The translations under genes and the position numbers were made by a program. This document shows positions 10,819-21,534 of a stretch of DNA of 64,000 nt, piece after piece. A model generated the notes under the pieces. The model did no database searches and was not told the DNA's origin. It saw only the letters and a program-made list of their open reading frames with translations. This stretch comes from an uncultured SAR86 cluster bacterium (GTDB taxonomy: Bacteria; Pseudomonadota; Gammaproteobacteria; Magnimaribacterales; D2472), in NCBI GenBank assembly GCA_943789005.1, contig CALSSL010000002.1, positions 27,015-91,014 on the forward strand, given 5' to 3'. Each line of letters opens with the position of its first letter. The first letter of the stretch is position 1.

Positions 10819-11156
10819 CCTGGGGGCCAATTAAGAGATCTGCCGGATAAAAGGTGCAAATGCAGGTGAAATACACTTTGACCTGCTTTAGCTCCATTAT
10901 TAATAACAATCCTAAAAGTATTATCTAGATTTAATAAATCTGCTACCTTTCCAGCCACTAGCATCAAATGACCTAATGTCTCTTTATCTTCTTCCGTGCC
11001 ATCAGAAAGTTTTGGAATAACTTTTTTTGGAATAATTAATAGATGAGTAGGAGCCTGTGGTTGTATATCTTTTATAACAATCGAAAGCTCATCCTCATAG
11101 ATAATATCTGCGGGAATTTCTCTATTAATAATCTTTTCAAATAAAGTTAAAGACAT
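10815..11156 (-). CDS. hinT: HIT family nucleotide-binding protein
   Basis: DIQPQAPTHLLIIPK, AGQSVFHLHLHLL, WPPG. Confidence 0.93.
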   Translation of the reverse strand: MSLTLFEKIINREIPADIIYEDELSIVIKDIQPQAPTHLLIIPKKVIPKLSDGTEEDKETLGHLMLVAGKVADLLNLDNTFRIVINNGAKAGQSVFHLHLHLLSGRSLNWPPG

Positions 11157-11165
11157 TAATAAGAA

Positions 11166-11351
11166 TTAAAATGCTCTAAAAAATCTGTAGCCAATATAAA
11201 AAATGGCAGCAGTCATAAGGATTGCTAGAAGAATAATAAATAAATCTCTTAATGTTTGTAAAAACCTGCCTTGCTGTTTAGCTTTTACTAGCTGAATTAA
11301 TAAATAAACTAAAGCTATAGTGCTTACAACTAATATAAAAATACTTAACAT
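11166..11351 (-). CDS. Small two-TM hypothetical protein
   Basis: 61 aa, two hydrophobic helices, packed between dedA and hinT on the same strand. Confidence 0.65.
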   Translation of the reverse strand: MLSIFILVVSTIALVYLLIQLVKAKQQGRFLQTLRDLFIILLAILMTAAIFYIGYRFFRAF

Positions 11352-11355
11352 AATA

Positions 11356-11859
11356 TTATCCTAGTACTGAACCTACTCCTGTTACTAAAAAACCCAATGC
11401 TAAGCCCCAACAAATACAAGCAATAACATCAGCCAAATAAAATCTTACAATCTTTAGATCAGAAATACCAAGTAAAAATGGAACTATAGGTCTTATAGCT
11501 GGAATAAATCTTCCTAAAATTACAGTATAGGACCCAGTTTTATCTAAAAATTTTTGAGCTCTAGCTATCGTTTTTTTTCTTTTAGCTACAACCTTTGTGG
11601 ACATAATCTGAGGGCCTATGGTTTTCCCAAACATAAATCCAAACATATCACCCGCATGCGCTCCAATAATCGCAACAGGAACAATAGCAGTTATTGGCAT
11701 TAAATCTGTATTGTAAATAAGGATACAGATTGAAAAAAGAATTGCGCTTGATACTATTACGCCAGATAGAATAAACGACTCAAGAAAAGCAAAGAATAAA
11801 ACAAATATCCATGCATATTCAGCATTAGCATTTAAATAGATTTCTATTTTTTCAAACAT
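11356..11859 (-). CDS. DedA family membrane protein
   Basis: AFLES, GAHAGD, GRFIPAIR. Confidence 0.9.
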   Translation of the reverse strand: MFEKIEIYLNANAEYAWIFVLFFAFLESFILSGVIVSSAILFSICILIYNTDLMPITAIVPVAIIGAHAGDMFGFMFGKTIGPQIMSTKVVAKRKKTIARAQKFLDKTGSYTVILGRFIPAIRPIVPFLLGISDLKIVRFYLADVIACICWGLALGFLVTGVGSVLG

Positions 11860-11946
11860 ACGTTATTCAATTATTATCAAAGTATGTATTTTACTTTATT
11901 TAATAAGATACCTTATAGTTTACATACATATTTTTGGAAAACATAA

Positions 11947-13068
11947 ATGATAAACGAATTCATAATCAATGTACCTGATGAACAAATTTCTGATTTGCAT
12001 AACAGAATAAAGCATACGAGATGGCCAGATGAAATAAATGATCAATACTGGTCTCATGGAACAAAAATGTCATTTCTTAAAGACCTCTCAAAATACTGGG
12101 TAGATGAGTTTAATTGGAAAGATCAAGAAAAAAAGATTAACGATATAGGCAGTTTTAAATTTAAAACAAACTCAGGTTTGAGTATTCATTTCTTACATGC
12201 TAAATCTAATCATAAAGACGCAGTGCCTCTTGTAATGACGCATGGCTGGCCTGGCAGTATCCAAGAATTCATTAAAATTATTCCAATAATACAAAAGGAA
12301 TCTAAAATTCCAGTAGATATAATTTGTCCCTCACTGCCAGGGTTTGGCTTTTCTGATAAACCAAAATCAACTGGTATGAATTCTAAAGAAATTGCAAAAT
12401 TACAACATGAGTTAGTGATGGCGCTAGGATATAAAAAGTATGTAGTTCAAGGAGGAGATTGGGGAGCTACAGTGAGTAAATGGATGGCTGAGCTATTTCC
12501 TGACCATTGTGTTGGAATCCATTTAAACCTTGTAATAGCCTTCCCTCCTGAAGGTGAAAATCCAATGGATGGAGTAACGGATCATGAATTAGCTATGTTA
12601 GAAAATTATAATAAATATAAAGAAAATGGTTTTGGGTATTATGAAATTCAGAAAACAAAGCCACAAACTATAGGCTATGGTTTAAATGACTCTCCAGTTG
12701 GTCTAGCAGCATGGATTTCTGAAAAATTCTATGGGTGGTTTGAAGGAAATGATAACAATCTTGTTGTTACTAATGATGAGGTCTTAAGTATTATTTCTTT
12801 ATACTGGTTCACTGAATCAATAACATCGTCTGCTAGGCTTTATAAAGAGAATGGAGATTTTGGGTTTTCTTTTAATTCAATAAAGCAACCTATGGGTGGA
12901 GCAATATTTAAAAAAGATATAATGCTGCCCCCCAAAGTATGGGCGGAAAATATTTATAACATAGTGCAGTGGAATGAGTATGATGGTGGGCATTTCGCTG
13001 CACTGGAAAAGCCAATGCAGCTCGCAAGGGATATTAATTTATTTATTCAAAAATTAAATTTAGATTAG
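11947..13068 (+). CDS. Epoxide hydrolase (microsomal type, EHN domain)
   Basis: HGWPGS, QGGDWG, LNDSPVGLAAWI, GGHFAALE. Confidence 0.92.
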   Translation: MINEFIINVPDEQISDLHNRIKHTRWPDEINDQYWSHGTKMSFLKDLSKYWVDEFNWKDQEKKINDIGSFKFKTNSGLSIHFLHAKSNHKDAVPLVMTHGWPGSIQEFIKIIPIIQKESKIPVDIICPSLPGFGFSDKPKSTGMNSKEIAKLQHELVMALGYKKYVVQGGDWGATVSKWMAELFPDHCVGIHLNLVIAFPPEGENPMDGVTDHELAMLENYNKYKENGFGYYEIQKTKPQTIGYGLNDSPVGLAAWISEKFYGWFEGNDNNLVVTNDEVLSIISLYWFTESITSSARLYKENGDFGFSFNSIKQPMGGAIFKKDIMLPPKVWAENIYNIVQWNEYDGGHFAALEKPMQLARDINLFIQKLNLD

Positions 13069-13988
13069 AACTTATACTCAAAGCCTAAAGTAATCCAATC
13101 TTTATCAGGTGAATTATCTTTTGATAATTGTGAATAGGCTGTAAAAACTTTTAACTCTGTTCTTATTTGATGATTGTACCCAAAACTTGTTTGTTTACCG
13201 CCCGTTACCTTCATATCTGATTTAGCTTCTTGAAATAATAAAGAACCCTTTTTGGAAATTTTATGCTTAATACTATAAACATAACCAGATTCATTATTTC
13301 CAATACTAGTTTTTTCTGAGTCTTGGTATATGACACCTAATGTAGTTTTGTTAAATATATAAGATGAGGCTATTCTCTGACTATCATAACCTTTGAGTCC
13401 TGTATCAATGCTATAAGAAGCTTTAAATGAATCAGAGTTGTAATTTAATGAATATGACTGGTAAGATTTATCAGAAGTTTTTATGTTATTAATCACAATC
13501 TTAATCCCATTAAATAATTCTGGTGATTCATAACCTACTAAATCTTGCATTCTATTCTCACCACGTAAAATATTCTTTATATCAGACTGAGTATCATTAA
13601 AAAGATCAACTTTTAATTGAGCTTTTTTGAAAGCGGTATCGTGTGTTCCAACAAAAAACTTGCCAAAATTTCCTGATATGCCAATAAAGGTATTTCTCTG
13701 TTTAAAAACTTTATCCCCATCTGCTCTTCCGTCAGTAGGATCTATTTCATTTTCAATTTGTATTAAAAAATTAAGATTATCTGATAGTTTTAATTTAGAT
13801 TTAAAACCAACTCTTGAAGCATTATTTAAAGTATCTGTTTCTGTATCTAGACCATCGTCAATTTGAGCTATGCTCATATTAATTTTTCCATAGAAATCAC
13901 TAGATGCATTTAAGGTAAAGTTAAATGTCATACATGTTATTAAAAAAAGCTTTGTTGCTAGAGAGGTTAAAGTTAGTTTATTTTTCAT
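13065..13988 (-). CDS. Gram-negative porin
   Basis: Signal peptide, FYGKIN, NASRVGFK, QRNTFIG, C-terminal aromatic GFEYKF. Confidence 0.85.
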   Translation of the reverse strand: MKNKLTLTSLATKLFLITCMTFNFTLNASSDFYGKINMSIAQIDDGLDTETDTLNNASRVGFKSKLKLSDNLNFLIQIENEIDPTDGRADGDKVFKQRNTFIGISGNFGKFFVGTHDTAFKKAQLKVDLFNDTQSDIKNILRGENRMQDLVGYESPELFNGIKIVINNIKTSDKSYQSYSLNYNSDSFKASYSIDTGLKGYDSQRIASSYIFNKTTLGVIYQDSEKTSIGNNESGYVYSIKHKISKKGSLLFQEAKSDMKVTGGKQTSFGYNHQIRTELKVFTAYSQLSKDNSPDKDWITLGFEYKF

Positions 13989-14087
13989 AATTTAATATTA
14001 ATAGTTAATTTAATGTTGCTATTAAATCATATATTTTTTTCATGTATTCACTCAAAATTAAGTGTTTTCATAAAAATTACTACCAAG

Positions 14088-14099
14088 ACACATATGTGT
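14088..14099. promoter_or_regulatory. Perfect 12-bp palindrome, candidate TetR operator
   Basis: ACACATATGTGT between divergent porin and TetR genes. Confidence 0.35.
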
Positions 14100-14171
14100 A
14101 ACTTCAAAACAATTTTGTAACAAAAAACTATTAATATTTACTTTTTATAAACATTTGTCGATAATCTATGA

Positions 14172-14765
14172 ATGCCTGAAGCCAAACAAGAGCGAAGTAA
14201 AAAAAGAATACAAATAATTCTTGATACTGCAGAAAAAATTCTTTTAGATGAGGGTTTAGAATCTTTAACGATTGCAAATATATCAAAATATTCAGGCTTA
14301 AAGAGAACATCAACATATAAATTTTTTCCAACAGCTGATAGTCTTAAGGAAGCTTTAATTATTAAATATATAAATGACTGTTCAGAATATTTTGAAGAAA
14401 AATCATATAATATTAATACTGAAAACTTATCAGTTGTAATTTTAAGGTATGTCGAAATACTTTATGACTATTTTCAAGAATCAAGTTCAGCCCAAATAAT
14501 TATATTAAAAAATACAGTTAATCCACCTATTGATTCATCGGTTATCAGAATACTTTCAACAACTATCCAATCCTATATAGAATCAAATATTAAACTTCCA
14601 GACATGCATAATAAGGACGGAATTTATAGAGTTCTTACCCAAGTTGTAATTTCTATATTTTCATTAAATGTTAAAGAAAGCGGTTTACTTAATGAGACAG
14701 GTAAAATTGAAGCTCATAGAGCTGGATATTCTTATATGCAAAACTGGGTTAATCAGAGTTCTTAA
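14172..14765 (+). CDS. TetR/AcrR family regulator
   Basis: KQERSKKRIQIILDTAEKIL...LTIANISKYSGLKRTSTYKFF N-terminal HTH. Confidence 0.88.
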   Translation: MPEAKQERSKKRIQIILDTAEKILLDEGLESLTIANISKYSGLKRTSTYKFFPTADSLKEALIIKYINDCSEYFEEKSYNINTENLSVVILRYVEILYDYFQESSSAQIIILKNTVNPPIDSSVIRILSTTIQSYIESNIKLPDMHNKDGIYRVLTQVVISIFSLNVKESGLLNETGKIEAHRAGYSYMQNWVNQSS

Positions 14766-14866
14766 AATCTATATAAAAATATAGGCCAGATCCAGTTGTA
14801 ATTGTCTTTACAATGAGAGGCGTGAATAAATCATAAAAGAGATTTTGTGCCATGATTCTAGATCTA
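14764..14866 (-). ncRNA. Candidate ~100-nt three-way-junction small RNA
   Basis: Closing stem TAGATCTAG/CTGGATCTG, inner stems AATCATG/TATGATT and TTGTAA/TTACAA; TTGTTA-16-TATGAT promoter directly upstream; weak hairpin plus T-tract downstream. Confidence 0.45.
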
Positions 14867-14959
14867 ATAATAATCATAACGAAAAAATAAGTGTTAACAA
14901 ACTTAAATAATAAATTTTTTAAAAGTCTAATTTTTTTTAAATTAATTTTTATTATCCAA

Positions 14960-16207
14960 TCAAACCCCTGTAACAAGCCTGATTAATACATAGAAAAGAA
15001 CAGTCAAGGAAGCTCCAGCAGGTATTGTTACAACCCAGGATAAAATGATTCTACCAATAGAACTTAAATCTAAATGCGATACACCTTTTGCTAATCCAAC
15101 ACCAATTACAGCACCTACTAAAGTATGAGTTGTTGATATTGGAAAACCAATATAAGTAGCGGCAACAACAGTTGACGCTGCAGCCATTTCAGCAGAAAAA
15201 CCTAGACTTGGAGTTAGGTGAGTAATTTTACTTCCAACTGTCCTGATGACACGTCCACCAAGCATAGATAAACCAAAAACAATACCAATACCACCAATTA
15301 ATAAAACCCAAGGGCTTACAGCAGCTTTTGCGCCTATTGCTCCTTCAGAGGCAACACTGATGATAGCAGACATAGGACCAATAGCATTTGCAACATCATT
15401 AGAGCCATGAGCAAAAGCCATAGCACATGCAGTTACGATCATTAAAATGGCAAAAGCAGATTCAACACCATGTTCTCTAATTTTTTCTTTGTTTATATTT
15501 AATAAAATTGAAGAAATTATTGAAACAATAATACCCAAGCCGATAGTAACTATGACTACTTCATTGTCAGTCAAAGGAATGCCGACATGCTTAAGACCCT
15601 TTCTAGCAGTAACAAGTCCTATTATTACTGCAACAAAAAAACTATAAACTGGAATTAAAGTAACCGCTGCCTGAGATGGGTCTCTTCTATCTAAAATAAA
15701 TTTCTTTGCACTCAAGAACAAAAGAAATGCAAATGTTCCAGATATAGCTGGTGATACGATCCAGCTAGCTGCAATAGTTCCAACCTTATCCCAAGAAACA
15801 GCTTCAAATCCTGCTGAAATTATTACAAAACCTACTATAGAACCAACGATTGAATGAGTGGTTGAAACAGGCCAGCCTTTGGAACTAGCAATTAAGAGCC
15901 ATGTTCCAGCTGCGCAAAGTGAAGACATCATACCAATAATAAATATATTCTCTTTTCCAACATATAAATCAGGATCAACAATACCCTTTCTTATGGTTGA
16001 GGTTACCTCTCCGCCAGCTAAATATGCTCCAAGAAATTCAAATATTGCAGCTATAAAAATAGCTTGCTTAAATGTAATCGCCTTACTTCCAACAGAAGTA
16101 CCCATTGCATTAGCAACATCATTAGCACCAATACCAAATGCCATGAAAAAGCCAGCAAATGCAGCTATAATCAATATTAAAGTCGGATCTAAAAATAAAG
16201 TTTCGAT
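14960..16207 (-). CDS. pitA: Inorganic phosphate transporter, PiT family
   Basis: GANDVANAMGT, GWPVSTTHS, HGSNDVAN, PISTTH; start uncertain (TTG 16174 or ATC 16207). Confidence 0.93.
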   Translation of the reverse strand: METLFLDPTLILIIAAFAGFFMAFGIGANDVANAMGTSVGSKAITFKQAIFIAAIFEFLGAYLAGGEVTSTIRKGIVDPDLYVGKENIFIIGMMSSLCAAGTWLLIASSKGWPVSTTHSIVGSIVGFVIISAGFEAVSWDKVGTIAASWIVSPAISGTFAFLLFLSAKKFILDRRDPSQAAVTLIPVYSFFVAVIIGLVTARKGLKHVGIPLTDNEVVIVTIGLGIIVSIISSILLNINKEKIREHGVESAFAILMIVTACAMAFAHGSNDVANAIGPMSAIISVASEGAIGAKAAVSPWVLLIGGIGIVFGLSMLGGRVIRTVGSKITHLTPSLGFSAEMAAASTVVAATYIGFPISTTHTLVGAVIGVGLAKGVSHLDLSSIGRIILSWVVTIPAGASLTVLFYVLIRLVTGV

Positions 16208-16254
16208 AATAGTTCACCAATTAGAAAATATAGTATGTATTTTGAATCTATTTT

Positions 16255-16292
16255 GTTACATTAATGTGACTTTTAATGAGACTTTTTGTGAA
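16255..16292 (-). promoter_or_regulatory. Pho-box array between pit and ppk2
   Basis: Minus strand TTCAC..GTCTC..GTCAC-ATTAAT-GTAAC with ~11-bp periodicity. Confidence 0.6.
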
Positions 16293-16320
16293 TTTAATTT
16301 CTTTAATTTAAAACTTATAT

Positions 16321-17161
16321 ATGAATCTAATATCGCTTGATCAATCAGAATATAAGAGACTTGATACCAAAGCTTATACTTTGGAAAAAAGAAGACTTCA
16401 GATTGAATTATTAAAACTTCAAGAAGATGTTATAAAAAATAACAGAAAAATTTGCATACTTTTTGAAGGGAGAGATACTGCAGGAAAAAGTTCTGCAATA
16501 AAATTTTTTTCAGAATATTTAAGACCTAATAATTTTAATTATGTACAACTGGGCATTCCTTCAAAATGGGAATCATCCCATTGGTTTCAAAGATGGGCAA
16601 AGGTCATTCCAAAAGAGGGGGAAATGTCATTTTTAGATAGATCTTGGTACACAAGAGCTATCACAGAGCCAATAATGGGATACTGCACAGAAAATCAATA
16701 CAGACTTTTTATGAACAAAGTAAATGACTGGGAAATGAAATTGATTGATGATGGGGTTGAGTTGATAAAATTCTATTTCTCTCTTTCCAAGGACCAGCAA
16801 ACAAGAAGAATGCAAGCAAGAAAAAACTCTCAATTGAAGTATTGGAAATTATCAAAAAATGATGAAAAGATAGTTACAAAATGGGATGCATTTACTTTAT
16901 ACAAAGATCAAATGTTCAAGAAAACTAGTACGGAAGTTTCACCATGGGTGTCAATCAATTCAAACAATAAAATGATAAGTAGATTAACTTCCCTAAGATA
17001 TCTGTTAATACAGACTGATTATGAAAATAAAAAAATTCTGAAGCCTGCTAAATATTCAAAAGATATGGCAAACTATAGCGCTTCAATTGAAGGTGTTAAG
17101 ATTTGATAATCTAACTTACGAACAATTTATGATAATTACAAAATATAGTGATGATACCTAA
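16321..17161 (+). CDS. ppk2: Polyphosphate kinase 2 (one apparent extra base near 17101)
   Basis: FEGRDTAGKS, DRSWY, KYWKLS; shifted frame continues FDNLTYEQF...DDT to a TAA overlapping the ppx ATG. Confidence 0.9.
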
Positions 17162-18023
17162 TGAAAATAGCTTCAATTGATATAGGTACGAATGCTATAA
17201 AATCAAAGATATTTAAAACCACACCTACTTCTATAGAATTTATTGAAGGCATAAGATCGCCCATAAGGTTAGGAACAGATGTTTTTAATACTGGTTTCTT
17301 AACTAAAGATAAATTGAATCTTCTTATAAACACATTAAAAAAATATCAGAAACAATTCATTAAACATCAATATTACTATGTATGAAATTGTAGCAACTAG
17401 TGCATTCAGAGAAACTCAAAACTCAGAAGAAGCTAGAAGATACGTTGAAAATGAAATAGAGCATCCAATTAGAATAATTTCTGGTCTTAGAAGAAGCAAA
17501 ATTAATTAGATTTCATCCAAAAGCACAATCTAAAGCTAGCAAAGTATATGTTGATGTTGGTGGCGGTAGCACCGAAATATACATATATGAAGATGATAAG
17601 CACATAATTCAATCATTTCAGCTGGGTGCTGTAAGAAGTATGCTAAATAAAGATAATTCTAATGAGTGGTTAAGGTTAAAAAAATGGCTAAGTAAGCAAT
17701 CAAAAACTAAAACCCTTGTTGGGCTTGGGGGTAACATTAGATCGTTCTTGAACCTTAATAAGGTAAAAAAAATGGGAACAAATAATTTTATCAAAAAAGC
17801 ATTAGTTCTTAGCAAGCTTGATGTTGATAAAAAAATATCTAAATACAGTCTGCAACAAGATAGAGCTGACGTTATAGATTATGCATTAAATATATATATT
17901 GAAGTAATTAAGACTCTTGAAATTAATGAAGTTAAATCAACAAAATGGGGCGTTTCAGACTCTATTGCTGTAAAAACATTTCATGAACTTTATTCTAAAA
18001 AAATTTCAATATCTAGAAGTTAA
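17161..18023 (+). CDS. ppx: Exopolyphosphatase Ppx/GppA, short form (two apparent frameshifts)
   Basis: IDIGTN, IRLG, VATSAFR, ISG.EEA, DVGGGSTE, GGNIR, DRADVI spread over shifted frames. Confidence 0.85.
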
Positions 18024-18462
18024 AAATAAGAGTCACGCCAATACTGTCATTAAAATTTTTATAATTAATCTTTTTTATATTTAAATCGGTTTTATTGATA
18101 ATATTTTCAGAAAGAGTCGCCGCACTATTAATGTTATTTGCTGTAAAAGTTACTGTAAATAATTCGTTTGTTTTAGTTATATTAAGCTCAGAAATTAAAT
18201 CAATTAAATCATTTTTTGTAATTATTAAATTAATATAAGATTCACTAAGAGAAGATCTTTCCATGGTTGATTTAAGCTTAGAGGCTTTATAGAAGACATA
18301 CTCGTAATCAGATTTTGCTTTATTTAAATTTTTTGAAGAAATTTTATAATCATCATAGACTCCCTTGATAAGAATAATCAAAATAAAGAAAATTATTAAA
18401 ATTAAAGCGATTGCTAATAATTTTTTTTCTCTATCTTGTAGGTTATTAAAAAAGTTAATCAT
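18013..18462 (-). CDS. gspM: T2SS protein M
   Basis: NLQDREKKLL followed by a TM helix; last gene of the gsp operon. Confidence 0.75.
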   Translation of the reverse strand: MINFFNNLQDREKKLLAIALILIIFFILIILIKGVYDDYKISSKNLNKAKSDYEYVFYKASKLKSTMERSSLSESYINLIITKNDLIDLISELNITKTNELFTVTFTANNINSAATLSENIINKTDLNIKKINYKNFNDSIGVTLIFNF

Positions 18463-19609
18463 TGTTATTCAATCCAGCTTTAAGAGTGCCGCTTATGAGG
18501 CCATCAATTGACTCAAGATCATTATCAATAATTTGGATATTAAACCTTGAAGCATTATTTTTTAAAATATTTAATTGGAATTCAGGCATGGAGTTAATCT
18601 TTATAGATGCATAAGAGGCATCAATATCAATTGAAATATCCGAAATATATTCAGACCCATATTTAAAAAATACATCTAAATCAGGAATTTTTACTGAAAT
18701 TAAATTTGATTCAGGTATTTGTTTATAAATTTGATCAATTTGAGATTTGGGATCAATGACCTCTATTGATATCTTTATCGATGGCTTTAAAAATATCAAA
18801 TGTTGAAGATGCTATAAAGACTAGCATTAGCATTATTTTTGTATGTTAAAAAAAATGGTCCTGCGATAATGAAGCCAATAGCTACTGCACATAATAAAAT
18901 TTGAAGTTTTGATAAATTAAGTTTCTTAAATAATAAATTTAGGGATATATCTAAGCTATAAAAATTAGGTAGAGAATCAATTTGTGATAAATTAATTTTA
19001 GTTAAATCAAATAATTTATCTACAGGCTTGTCTTGAAACTTATTAATAAGATTTTTATTTGAGCTATAAATTAAAGGGCTGAAATTTGGTTTATTATTTA
19101 TAACAATATCTAAATACTGATTCTAAAGAAGATTGATCGCATGAAAAACCAGTTTTATTTGAATAAGAAATCATATATTTATCTTCAAATTCTGTAATTA
19201 CATCTTCTCCAGGTATTATGTTTATTAAATACTCTGGGAAAACATGAATTTGTGCATTTAATTCACTTAAAGATTTATTTAAGTTTTTTAAAAAAACCTT
19301 ATTTACAACATACGCTGCGCCATTAAATAAAAAATACTCATTATCAGATACTGCTTCAGCAAATATAGAGTCAACATCAGAGATGAAGTTAGCGGTATTT
19401 ATTTGAGGAGATAGTGACTTGTTTTCTTCAAATTCATATGATGTTACTTGTGAGGATGGAATTAAAACAAGAAGTTTATCAGACTCATTTAGATTATTTA
19501 ATTCATCAAAATTATTAATACTGAACTTCGATTTATTATCATCAGAAATATTATAAATATTGATAGAATTGGTATCTTTATGCGATAGGTTTGCTAAATA
19601 TAGGCTCAT
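18455..19609 (-). CDS. gspL: T2SS protein L (split by frameshifts)
   Basis: Position between gspK and gspM; VLIPS motif; cytoplasmic domain, TM and periplasmic pieces in different frames. Confidence 0.65.
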
Positions 19610-20575
19610 TTAAATACCATTATAAGTTCTTGAGATAATATAGCTATTATTATGGTCCATAGTATATTTTACTTTCAGATTCTGAATAATAGTTCTCATA
19701 GGTAAGATTTGTTATTAATTCAAAGTTTATAGAGGAAAAAGCAATGTAATTCTGGGATATTTCTAAATTATATGCATGGAAAAAGATTTTTTAATTCATT
19801 CAGATCTTTAATTCCCTCTCTCAGGAATGTTATCAATAATATATTCAGCATCACTATATGAAAGATTTTCAAATAATGAACTAAGCAATGCAACTTGATT
19901 GGTTGAAATTGTATTGAGATTTATTGATAGATTGTTATCTGGTCTTGCACAAAAGTTTTGATCAAATAAATTCCAACCAATAGCTCTGATTGCTGGTAAA
20001 CTTTTTATTTCATCAATATGTAAAAAAATTCTTCCTGATGTATATTCTTTTGGATTATTAAGCTGTCCTGAATAATAATAATCTTCGTGACCAAAAGCTC
20101 TAGGGTTTGAATCTTCGTCAATCCAATCTAATACTTGATCAATAGCTTCATCTATTAAATTATTCTCAACTTCATTTAAGACCATTAATCTTTTAAAAAC
20201 AGCAATATTTTCTTTATTAGGTTTGTATGTGTTATTGATTTTTGTTACTAGTGCATTAATGTTAAAACAGTTTGATGTATCTATCAATTTTCCACTCACC
20301 AAACCTTTACTGGTCTCAAAAATAAAAACATTAACAAAAAGTGCGTTATTTTTTGCATGCATTTTTGAATTAAACCTAAGCTCGTTGTCTATTTTTTTTA
20401 AAGCCAAAGATTCCATGCTTGTAAAAATATTTAAAGAAACAGTTTGAAATTCTAAATATTGAGCTCTTTTAAAGGATACAAAATAATTATTACCAATTAA
20501 GACTGCAATAGATGATAGCAATAAGACAGTTAAAAGAACTGATATTAATACAACTCCTTTAGTCTTGAATTGCAT
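19610..20575 (-). CDS. gspK: T2SS minor pseudopilin K (C-terminal frameshift)
   Basis: KGVVLISVL, CFNINAL, LDWIDED, INLNT; shifted frame ends SYIISRTYNGI. Confidence 0.88.
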
Positions 20576-21155
20576 ATTTAATATCTGGATTAATAATCCA
20601 GTTGTATTCTTTATTATCTACTATGAATTCGATCTTGATTAAAGTTGGTATTTTTTTTGAGGTAATTAGGCTAATTGGCCAAGATTGATGCCATTTATTT
20701 TCATAAAGAAAAGAGATTTGAATATCTTTTATATCATTTATTATAGTAGAGCTTATATAGTCATCTGCGCTATATGGATTGGAAGAAAAATATTGTCTTC
20801 TGAGAAGGTTATTATCCTCAACAATATACTGAATTCTTTTTAAGGGCGAAACATCGTTAGAGAAAGACTTTACTTTAGTTGTAAACATTATATTTTCAGA
20901 GCCCAGTTCACTGATAAAGGTTCCGTAGATTTTATTACCATAAAAATCTTTTATAGGCACATTCACTAACTGTCTAATATCTCTTCTTAAAATACTAGAT
21001 GCTAAACTAAGTTCTTTTATTGCATTTAAACGTTCTGAGGATTCTGATTCAGAAGCTAATGATGATTGTAAAATGTTTGATGAGATGACTGCTATCATCG
21101 ATAAAATAATAAGCGTAACCAATACTTCAATTATCGTAAAACCATTTTTATTCAT
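20559..21155 (-). CDS. gspJ: T2SS minor pseudopilin J
   Basis: GFTIIEVL methylation motif, LRRDIRQ. Confidence 0.88.
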   Translation of the reverse strand: MNKNGFTIIEVLVTLIILSMIAVISSNILQSSLASESESSERLNAIKELSLASSILRRDIRQLVNVPIKDFYGNKIYGTFISELGSENIMFTTKVKSFSNDVSPLKRIQYIVEDNNLLRRQYFSSNPYSADDYISSTIINDIKDIQISFLYENKWHQSWPISLITSKKIPTLIKIEFIVDNKEYNWIINPDIKYAIQD

Positions 21156-21534
21156 TAGCTATGTAACCTTGTGTTCTATATATATACTTATTTGAATCTT
21201 TTAATTTAATTAAGATTTCATATTGTAAAAAATCTTTTGTATCGCCCTCTTTGAAATTTTCTTGCCATTCCCATGTTTTACCCCCCATATCTATAAAGCC
21301 ATTTCTATTTGAATTTATACTTGGTTTATCAATAGAGTGAATTAAAGCGATTCTATTATTAGCAACTTCTTTGGATAGGTAATGATCTTGTAAATTAAAA
21401 ATAGAAACATTAGTTGAAAGGATTAGGTTATATAACACAATTATAGATGTGCTTAATATAAATAAAGCTACAACAACCTCTATTAAGCTAAAGCCTTTTT
21501 TAGTAGGAGATGATTTGTGAAACGATTTTTCCAT
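21148..21534 (-). CDS. gspI: T2SS minor pseudopilin I
   Basis: GFSLIEVVVAL, VANNRIA, MGGKTWEW. Confidence 0.88.
   Translation of the reverse strand: MEKSFHKSSPTKKGFSLIEVVVALFILSTSIIVLYNLILSTNVSIFNLQDHYLSKEVANNRIALIHSIDKPSINSNRNGFIDMGGKTWEWQENFKEGDTKDFLQYEILIKLKDSNKYIYRTQGYIANE

Noticed and set aside
14095-14125. Pho boxes upstream of the porin
   Set aside because: GTAAC half-sites are 19 bp apart, not on an 11-bp register
14837-14852. TGGCAC on the minus strand as a sigma54 promoter
   Set aside because: No TTGC -12 element (TGGCAC-AAAAT-CTCTT)
14749-14976. 75-aa minus-strand ORF
   Set aside because: Low-complexity N-terminal half overlapping the pit end, no RBS; structured RNA is the better explanation
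15858-16340. 160-aa + strand ORF
   Set aside because: Antisense shadow of pit with no motifs
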